A DNA stretch of 41,297 nt, taken from NCBI RefSeq assembly GCF_001194135.2, contig NC_068990.1, positions 48,462,635-48,503,931 of the forward strand, written 5' to 3'. The translations under genes were made by a program, and so were the position numbers. Origin of the DNA: Octopus bimaculoides. Lineage: Eukaryota. Positions 32,100-41,297 of the stretch are shown in pieces. Position 1 is the first letter of the stretch. Every line of letters begins with the position of its first letter. The notes beneath the pieces were generated by a model. The model ran no database searches and had not been told where the DNA came from. It worked only from the letters and a program-made list of their open reading frames with translations.

Positions 32100-35000
32100 A
32101 CCTTTAGCTAAGGAACAGGGCAACTATGGTATCTGGTTGTTCATGGTGTACCCTCCTAATCCAACCCTGCCACCTGTACTGGAAGTCTTTCTCCCACCCC
32201 ACACCTGTACCAGAAGTCTTTCTCCTAATACCTCTAATGCACATTCCCACAAAATGCACATTCCCACAAAATGCACATTCCCACTTCCATCCCTACTTAG
32301 AGACTATCTCCTGGTAAATGTAGTGAATTTAAAGTGAATAAAATGATGGTAAAGTGTATGCAGGTTGAAACCTATTTGTACTTACACAATGTCTGCCAAA
32401 TGTACATGCAAGCTTTCTTTATTGATGCAAAATGCTGTTCCCCATCCCTGTGTATCCCCAGCCCACACTTGCTACACCCTCAGAGTTCGCACACTTAATG
32501 TGGGCACACTGAAAGGTAGGTCTGATGAGATTGCTAAGATGCTTGAATTGAGGCGTGTAGATTTGGGTTACATCCAAGAAGTAAGGTGGAGAGGAGATTC
32601 TGCTAAGTTCCTCACAGGCAAAGAGCATAGATATAAGATTTTCTGGATAGGGAACAGTGATGGGGTTGAGGGCATGGGCATACTCCTTGCTGAGAAATGG
32701 GTTGATAAGGTAACCGAAGTAGTCAGAGTTTGTGATAGGATACTTAAGCTAAGACTAGTACAGCAACATGGAACAGCAACCATTATCTTAGCTTATGCTC
32801 CTCAGCTAGATCTACCTGATGAACAGAAAGACCGATTACTTTATGACACCCTCTTGCAGACTACCTCATCAATGAATGACAAGGACTTTCTCTTTGTGGC
32901 TGGCAACTTCAATGGACATGTTGGACAATATCCATGTAGCTTCCATGGTGTGATTTGGTTCTTGCAATGAGGAGGGAACCAGGCTGCTGGAATTCTGTGA
33001 TACAAGTGACTTTATAATCTGCAATATTAACTTCAGGAAACCTGACAGTCACTTGTTCACCAACCAGTCCAGTGGGCACACTAGTCAGATTGACTACATT
33101 CTTGCCAGAAAATAGGGAAAACGGCTACTTATAAAGGCCAAAACTTACCCAGGTGAAGAATGCACTCACCCAGCCCACAACATAGGTTAGTTGTTAGCAA
33201 CTTCAGGATCAGAGCTAAATGGCTGCCCAGAAGACGACCAGTGTGGAAAAGAAAGATCTGGAAGCTTAAGGATCCTCTGAATGGACAGAGATTTAGAGAT
33301 GTGTTACTTGAAGCATTTGAGGAAAAAGAGGAAGATATAGCAACATATGACATGAAGGGCAACTGGAAGTTCCTATGGGACAACCTGTTGGGGGATATTG
33401 ACCAAATCTGTGGCTGGTGCAAAGTCCCCTCTCAACTTAAGGTAACATGATGGTGGAACAATGTAGTTGACAGGATCATTAGAGAAAAGAAACAGGCCTG
33501 GAAGGACTGGGAGTGTGTTAGTAGCAGGGAACTGCACCAGAAAGCCTGAAGGAGGCTAGGAGATAGGTATACTTAGCCAGGGGTGAAGTAGAAAAGAAGA
33601 TGTTTGCCAATGTTCTGCAATGTGAGAACCAGAGACTTGAAGTGTTTTGGATTGCATGACAGTGTGTGAGAGAAAATCATGATGTCATAAGGAGAGAAAT
33701 GTATCAGCATGGATGCTGATTCACTAGCATTTAATGAGTCTGCAAAGAATGAGATTTGGAAACGCAATCATGAAAGGCGGCTAAATGTGGAGAATGAATG
33801 TGAGAAGGAGAGTCTGCCAAATGTTGAACCAACTGAAGGACCAGCTATCTGAATTGACAGTACCATGGTAGATAAAGCAATTTAGGATATGAAGACAGGG
33901 AAAGCCCTTGACCCATCAGGAATCACTGCTGAGATACTTAAAATATCTGGCAGAGTAGAATATAGCCTAGTCACCTGTATAGTTAATCAGGTTGTCCACA
34001 AGGGAGTCATACCAAACGATTGATGTAGCAACATTATAGTCAAATGCTACAAAGGCAAAGGTGACACCTTAGACAGGTGATGGAAGTTACAGAGAGGGTC
34101 ATAACCCAATTAACTAGGAAGAGAATTAGTGTAGATGAGATGCAGTTTGGATCTGTGTCAGGTAGGAGCACAACTGATGCTATATTCCTGGTTAGACAAC
34201 TGCAGTAGAAATATCTAGCCAAAAATAAAACCCTGTACCTGGCTTTTGTCAACATGGAGAAAGCTTTTGACAGAGTTACCCACTCCCTTATCTGGTGGAC
34301 AATGTGGAAAATAGGGATAGATGAGTGGTTGGTGAGAGCTGTACAAGCCATGTACAGGGATGCTGTCAGTAAGGTGAAGGTTAGCAATGAGTATAGCAAG
34401 GAATTCAGGGTACAAGTAGGAGTTCACCAAGAATCAAGTCTCAGCCTCTTCTTGTTCATCATAGTCCTCCAGGCAATAACAAAAGAATTTAAGATGTGGG
34501 CTGCCCCTGGGGTGCCTCTATGCTGATGACCTTGTTCTTATAGCCAAATCACTTCCAAAACTAAAGAAGAAATTTCAGACATGGAAGCAAGATCTAGAAT
34601 AAAGTTAATCTAGTAAAAACCAAAAAAATTTTAGTAAGTAGAACAGACAAGTCACAAATCCCTTCAGGTAGATGGCCCTGCTCGATCTGTAGAAAAGGTG
34701 TAGGTAGAAATTCCATAAGATGTACCCAGTGTAAGCTATGGATACATAAGAGGTGCAGTAATATCAGAGGAAGGTTAACAGGAAAAATAGCTTTTGTGTG
34801 TGGAAGGTGCACCGGTATAATTAACACTAAAAATGTACAGAAAATAGACTCCATCAAATGCCAGGAGGGATAATTAGTAGTTGACCACTTCTGCTACATA
34901 GGTGACCAAGTTAGTAGCTGGGGTGGATGCTCCAAGAGCATAGCTGCTAGGATAAGAATAGGCTGGGCAAAGTTCAGAGAGCTCCTACCTCTGCTGGAAA

Positions 35001-35925
35001 CAAAGAGCCTCTCTCTCAGAGTGAAAGGCACACTGTATGATGCCTTTGTGCTACATGGCAGTGAAACATGGGCTGTGACCATTGATGACATGCATAGGCT
35101 TGTAAGAAATGAAGCTAGTATGCTTTGCAGAATGTGCAATGTCAGTATGCAGGCACAACAGAATGTAAGCATTCTGAGAGAAAAGTTGGGCATAAGAGGT
35201 ATCAGATGTTGTGTGCAAGAGAGATGACTGTGCTGGTTTGGTCATATGACATGTATGGACAAGGACAGTTATGTGAGGAAGTGTTGCATTCTAATGGTGG
35301 AGGGAACCTGTGGAAGAGGTAGACCCAGGAAGACATGGAACGAGATGGTGAAGCATGATCTTCAAATGTTGGGCCTCACGGAGGCAATGACAAATGACCA
35401 AGGCCTTTAATGATATATCGTGCTTGAGAAGACATGTCAAGCCAAGTGAGATCATAGTCATGGTTGATGCCAGTGTCACATAACTGGCATGTAAAAAGCA
35501 CCCTTCAAACATTGGACGATATGCTGAGCTTGAAAAGACCTGCCAAGCCAAGTGAAATTATAGTCATGGCCGATGCTAGTGCCGTCTGACTAGCACCTGT
35601 GCCAGTGGCACATAAAAAGCACTGTTTGAGCATTGGGTCTCACCAGACGCAGTGACAGGTGACCAAAACCTTTGGCAATATACCATGCTTGAGAAGACTT
35701 GTCAAACTAAGTGAGATCATAGTCGTGGCCAATGCCAGCGACACATCAATGGCACCTATGCAAGTGGCATGTAAAAAGTAACCACTACACTCTTGGAGTG
35801 GTTGGTATTAGGAAGGGCATCCAGTCGTAGAAACCATGCCAAATCAGATTGGCACCTGGTGCAACTCCCCAACTTGCCAGTTTTCAGTCAAACCATCCAA
35901 CCCATGCCAGCATGAAAAACAAACA

Positions 35926-35986
<61 letters not shown>

Positions 35987-35991
35987 ATGAT
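32100..35991 (+). mobile_element. RTE-clade LINE, near full length, decayed
   Basis: Putative 5' UTR with short tandem repeats, APE and RT remnants, triplicated 3' end, (GAT)n tail at 35928-35991. The 5' boundary is approximate. Confidence 0.9.
32467..35449 (+). pseudogene. RTE ORF (AP endonuclease + reverse transcriptase + Cys-rich domain), many stops and frameshifts
   Basis: TLNVGTLKGRS..IQEVRWRG (APE); VAGNFNGHVG; IDYIL; MEKAFDRV..GVHQESSLSLFLF; YADDLV; CSICRKGVGRNSIRCTQCKLWIHKRC; LHGSETW; ends ...QAK* at 35447-35449. Confidence 0.9.
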
Positions 35992-36030
35992 TACAGGCTT
36001 CTTTCAGTTTCTGTCTACCAAATCCACTCA
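35992..36030 (-). mobile_element. SINE family C remnant (right piece)
   Basis: ACAGGCTTCTTTCAGTTTCTGTCTACCAAATCCACTCA is the sequence that follows (CA)n in the intact copy at ~11080-11120. Confidence 0.7.
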
Positions 36031-36848
36031 TAACTGTTGAGAAACTAGCAGAGAAGCTTGGATTTGGTCATTCAACCATTTATCGGCACCCGCATGTCAT
36101 CAGAAAAGTCAGCAAATTGAGTCAATGGGTTCCTCACAAACTTTCTGAGGCTAATTGTGTGCAGAGAGTGAATGTGTGCTCTTCTTTGCTGTCATGTTCA
36201 TAAATGAACCTTTTTATGACTGAATAGTGACTGGTGACAAGAAATAGGTTCTCTATAAAAATGACAAGCACTGAAGACAGTGGGTAGGGAAAGGAGAAAC
36301 ACCAGCACCTCAGACTAAAGAAGGTCTTCACCCACATAAGGTGTTGTTATCTGTTTGGTGGGATAAGAAAGGTTTAGTCCACTTTGAGCTTTTAAACCCA
36401 AACCAAACAGTAACAAAGGAGACCTACTGCAAGCAGCTTGAGCAGCATAAGTCAGCGCCAGAAGAAAAATAAGAACCTTTGGTTTCAAGATGAAAGATGT
36501 TCTTCCATCAGGATAATGCTCGGCCATATACAGCGAGGATGATATTCCAAAGGCTGGAGCAATTTGAATAAGAAACGATACCCCACCTACCATATTTGCT
36601 GGACATTGCCCAATCTGGTTATCATTTATTCCGCAGTCTTCAAAATCATTTGGACAGAAAAAATTTGAATTTTGTAGACATGCTCAAAACAGTATAGGAG
36701 GAGTATTTTTCATCATGGACAAGTGAATTTTGGAAGAGGGGCCTTGCAAGTCTATCAGATAGATGGAAGAGCATTGTAGAAAATGAAGGAGAGTATATTT
36801 TAAATTAATAAAGAACTTTGTTTATATTAATTTTGGAAAATAAAAGAA

Positions 36849-36850
<2 letters not shown>
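36031..36850 (+). mobile_element. Mariner transposase relic, 5'-truncated, no TIR visible
   Basis: QWVPHKL; IVTGDKK; HPHKVLLSVWWD; FHQDNARPYT; PYLLDIAQSGYHLFRSLQNHL; RWKSIVENEGEYILN* (stop 36806-36808). Confidence 0.85.
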
Positions 36851-36879
<29 letters not shown>

Positions 36880-36888
36880 TGTGTGTGT
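36851..36888. repeat. (GA)n(GT)n microsatellite
   Basis: Direct observation. Confidence 0.9.
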
Positions 36889-37219
36889 ACAGCAACCTGA
36901 AAAATGGTATTACAGTTCGTATTGTTACACTCTGCCCAGTAACATACTGGTTTGACAGAGCTCAACATGATAGGTACCAGACTAAAAAAGGGGGGGGGGA
37001 AATTGAAGTATTAGGGTTGATATGATCAACTCTTGGACATGGTTTTCCCAGTTCAGTAGTTCAATGACTTTAACCAGTTAAAGAATGAGAAAAATGGCTG
37101 TTTTAAAAGCAAAATACATAATATATGACTTTTGAATTTGATGATAATGTTCATGCTAATATCTTGTTATTTGAACAAGAGGAATAGAAATTCCAAAAAT
37201 TATGAAATAATGCACAATT

Positions 37220-37555
37220 CATCACCACCACTACCATCATCATCATCAATATCCCTTTTTCCATGTTGGCATGTATTGAGTGGGTCTGCCATACAGCATA
37301 TTACCACTCATCTCAGTGTTTTATAATCATATACGTGAGGATCAATATTCTGAGATCTAACCTCATTACCTCATCCCTAGTCTTCCTCTACTGCAGCTAC
37401 CCACCCTCCACTCACAGAACACTGAATCTTTTCATACAGTATCACATGTCAATACCAGCATAGCAATCTTTCCTACATACATCAGCTGCCCCCTATAATC
37501 CTCAATCACTCTCCCAATTCACTTACTCTCTGCTTTTCATGCAGCTTAACATCAA
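37220..37555 (-). mobile_element. Old RTE LINE 3' fragment
   Basis: Minus-strand GTGGAGGG...GAGGAAGAC...GATCTCAG...CCTCAC aligns loosely with 35297-35380; tail CATGCCAACATGGAAAAAG...(GAT)n. Confidence 0.55.
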
Positions 37556-40500
37556 AAGGATCATGCTCTTAAAACTGATATTAAAACTGGATTTCTTCAT
37601 GTCGCCAATAAATAAGCCAAATCCACACAATAATATACAAATTAAATAGTTTGAATTAGAGTTTTTAAATGAATGGAGGCAATGTTTAATAAGAAATTAA
37701 TAAGTTCTGCAAGTTAGTAAGAATAAAAAATGTGTAAATACCTACATCTCATGTTATTTCTACCCAGATGTGAGTAATTAGTCAAATAAAAACATTTGAG
37801 TGATTTTGCTTACCAAAGAGCAATAAATCAAATTTTTTGTTATTCAATGATTCAATATAAGAATTATTTCGTTTTTACTATTTTAATAGCTATTTGTCCA
37901 GGCTTGCATGGGTGAGATGGTTTATTTGTCAGAGCAATCAATATCTACTAACAACTCAACCATGAAGTAGGAGTGTAGCCTGTGTATTGTTTTGTTTTTG
38001 ATTTTAGTAGTGGGAAGGATCAGTCAAACTAGGTCAAGCATAATTTAGGGGCCTCCTTCAGGATCTTGTGACATAAGAGAGGAACTTATGACAGTAGTGT
38101 CAGTAACCATCATCTTAATCTTACAACCATTGTGACTCTCTAGTCATTATTATAATTAAATTCTTTAAAATATCTAATATTCAAAGCTTTATTCTGGCTA
38201 TTTCCTCTTACGTACACTAACAAGACTGTTTATTATTGGTTTTAACTATTTCTCTGACGTCTAAAAGGAGCAACATAAATCAATGGCTATATTACCACTA
38301 TTGTTAATAGACTCATTCATTGCTTTAAAAAAATCTATTAAGTCACTTCACAAGTCCTATAGGCTTTTTGGATGCAAGCCATGTGTGAACAGACATATAT
38401 GCGTATGTGTGTGTTTCTCTGCTATACACTGGACAAACAAAAATATACAATGATACAATATGAACACACAAAAGCATAAAGATCAGCAAAGCTGTAGGTG
38501 GAACTGAGATCAAAAACAATATTTAGAACATCTGCTTTTTTATCTGGTTTTTGCTATTTTTACAAGAAGCAACTAATTATTTCACAGGTCTGAGAATACA
38601 AATGAAAACCAGACACAAATGTATACATGTTCCCACACACATTTGTTAAACATTCCAGATATTTTTAATCATTCAAAAATTGCACAGAGCAATGTCCAAT
38701 CGATTTAGCTTTTACTCAATAAGTCAATCAAGAATCAAACAGATACCTCATATACATGCTATTCTATATTATAACACTGTTATAACAAGTAAATTGTTAA
38801 CTTGAAAGTCAGGTCCAAATTTTCCCATGGATCTGGTGAGAACAGCAAGAAACCATTCCAATTATTCCTTTACCACTAAAAAAAGAACATGATGGTGTTC
38901 AAAATTACCAATTTTCTCTAACTTCCATGAAACTAGATACTTGAAGCACAAGTTTTCTCCTAGTCTTATCACTGGTAGCTTTTCTTGCCAAATGAACCAA
39001 AACTGAGTATTATAATTTAATGGATCACTCATCATTTCTACAAAATTACCACTGCATACAGCAATAAATTATATCTACAAAACCTACTTAGGGTGAGGTG
39101 GCTTTAGCTGTTGAAAGTGAAGTTCCTTAGACATAGAAACACCTTCAGCTCTGGTGACAGTACATGAACTGCCAAAGGCTCAGCTAATTCTCTAGGATAC
39201 TTTGTCAATCAACTATTAGTTCTCTTTTTTGTATCCCTCTACATGAATACTAGTGTAGACCAAATAAATGACTAGTCAGAACAGCATTCTTACATGGAAT
39301 TATTCAACCAAATCAATTGTAGCATTTTTAAGTTAAATACACCAACTTATATTTTACCCTCTTTTCTCAATGTATGAAAGAAATTTACTTGACTGACAAT
39401 AAGGCTGAGCTGATGTCGTCAAAATTCAAACTCAAAATTTTGATCTATGAACCACATTGTGAATAAGCAATAGAACCTAGTCACTAACTAATAATTTTTT
39501 TTCTGCAACACACATTTATTTCTAGCTTTTTAATGTTCCATATATCAAATCTTTATAATTCTCTTTGCTTTAAATATGTTAACGCAACTTGCCAGTGTAG
39601 ACTAAATAGTCCATTACAGCACCACAATTTTGCCATGTATTTAGCTTGATCAATTCTTACTCTGCAATTAATTAACATTTTTGTCTTAACTATTTCATCT
39701 GTTGTGGTCGTGCTTTTCTTAATCACTAGGATTTCAAAAATAAAAAAAAAATCCTTTAAAGTAGAAGCATATGCTTGGGGAAAGATTTCTCTGCAACAGG
39801 AGTACATTTAAAGACTTTCATAGAGGTTCCATTAGGCTATAAAAAAAAAGTTACTATTAATATCAGAAAAATCAAAATCAAATGAAATCTTTGATACACT
39901 GCTAAATATGCCAGTGGGGAAATTCTAATGAATATTAAAGAGAAATAATTGATTTATTAATTCAGTACCTAATTACCTTATATAACTCTACCAACCATAG
40001 ATAACACTGTAATCAAACAATTTACAATTGAAATAACTATTTTGATTATGTATTTAAACAACACAAATAATTTCATTCCACTATTCTCTATACTTTATTT
40101 TAAAGAAATGATTTCATTATGCCATTCCTTTTATGGATGAAAAATACAAAATTTAGTAAATTAACAAGAACTTCTTGAAAAGGATCATACAGTAAATATA
40201 TCCCTTCTATTCTCTTACTTTATGGTTACTGGTAAGGAAAAGTATTCGTAAATTATTAACATATCACATATGTTAATAATTTATGAAAATGGTTGTCAAC
40301 TTTTTGTAGCTCAGTTCCCCCTTTCAATGAATGGAGTTTTGCAAATACCTCTTTTGCAGATTCAGAAAAAAATAAAAAACGAAATAAACATTATCTATTC
40401 TAATCAAACAAACTAATTTTGCATAGTGGTTTATTGTCCATATTTTCCTATAATTTTCCATCCAGTACATGCCTCTGTTTAGATATTTGAATTGGTTAGT

Positions 40501-40935
40501 GTACCTATGTTAGGTATTTATGGAAATTACTTAAAAAGTTAAGGACATATAATGAAAGTATATAGGACCTTGGTACACCAGTAGCCATGTTTGCTGCTCA
40601 CTGATAACACTATGCTCACTTCATATTCTAATCCTAACAAATATTCTTTTTGAAGATGCATTTGAAATTGTTCCTAGTTTAAATATTTTGTCTCTAAAAA
40701 CAATCATGCTCCCTCTAAATAACATAACACCTAGTGGACATTTGCTACTTCTTTGAGCTCACAATGCCCCCAAAAGGACACTATTATCCAAGTTAAGAAT
40801 CACTGATTTAAACTGGCTTCATTTTTCATTTCGATATCTTGAAATTATAAGGCTTTGTTCTTGAACCAATGATAAGTAACAAACTTTCCACATTTTTGTC
40901 TTGTAAAACTCTTATTTTCCTGTGTATATGAAATT

Positions 40936-41297
40936 ATCATCATCATCATCATCATCATCGTTTAACATCCGCTTTCCATGCTAGCATGGGTTGGACGACT
41001 TGACTGAGGACTGGTGAAACCGGATGGCAACACCAGGCTCCAATCTAAATTTGGCAGAGTTTCTACAGCTGGATGCCCTTCCTAACGCCAACCACTCAGA
41101 GAGTGTAGCAGGTGCTTTTATGTGTCACCTGCATGAAGGCCAGTCAGGCGATACTGGCAACGGCCACGCTCGAAATGGTGTCTTTTATGTGCCACGGGCA
41201 ACGATCTCGCTCGAAAATCCTACGGAGGCCAGTCAGGCGGTACTGGCAACGGCCACGCTCAAAATGGTGCATCTTATGTGCCACCCGCACAAGAGCC
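40936..41297 (-). mobile_element. Young RTE-type 3' end running off the window
   Basis: (ATC)n at 40936-40959; CCATGCTAGCATGGGTTGGACG; GGATGCCCTTCCTAACGCCAACCACTC homologous to 35790-35920; CpG-rich; duplicated ~59-bp unit. Confidence 0.8.

Noticed and set aside
32100-32170. HDV-like ribozyme at the RTE 5' end
   Set aside because: A GGTTG/CAACC pairing exists, but the spacing (~22 nt) is too short for P3, P1 and P4; I could not build the fold.
39080-39200. Minus-strand peptide YPRELAEPLAV resembling a LINE RT segment
   Set aside because: Too short, with no flanking RT motifs, to support a call.

Overview
Eukaryotic, AT-rich, repeat-dense non-coding window (intergenic or intronic). I infer Octopus or another cephalopod from the tRNA-headed SINE families with (GT)n/(ATG)n/(AAT)n tracts, the RTE LINEs and the TTAGGG repeats. 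I could not support any host protein-coding exon; most ORF-track entries are microsatellite or N-gap artefacts. Protein-coding relics are all transposon-derived: three mariner (D,D34D-type) pieces, one full-length Tc1 (DD34E) with TIRs and TA TSD, a ~3.9-kb RTE LINE plus two RTE 3' ends, and the 3' end of an R4/Dong-like RLE LINE. There are many SINE copies from several working families (my labels A-D), four MITE/foldback types (8-bp TSD, hAT-like, TA, TTAA/piggyBac) and three N gaps. Most notable: hammerhead-ribozyme (HHR) motifs in two unrelated repeat families. (i) A ~390-nt-period tandem repeat at 28.0-28.8 kb has a type I HHR in each unit and is bracketed by an inverted repeat (retrozyme/Penelope-like). 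(ii) A tRNA-headed, (AAT)n-containing short retroelement, present in two copies, carries a minimal, probably dimer-dependent HHR near its 3' end. Also notable are an 833-bp foldback transposon whose arms carry mirror-image telomeric TTAGGG arrays, and a mariner derivative built from two 5' ends. All alignments, foldings and family assignments were done by eye; no database searches were run.
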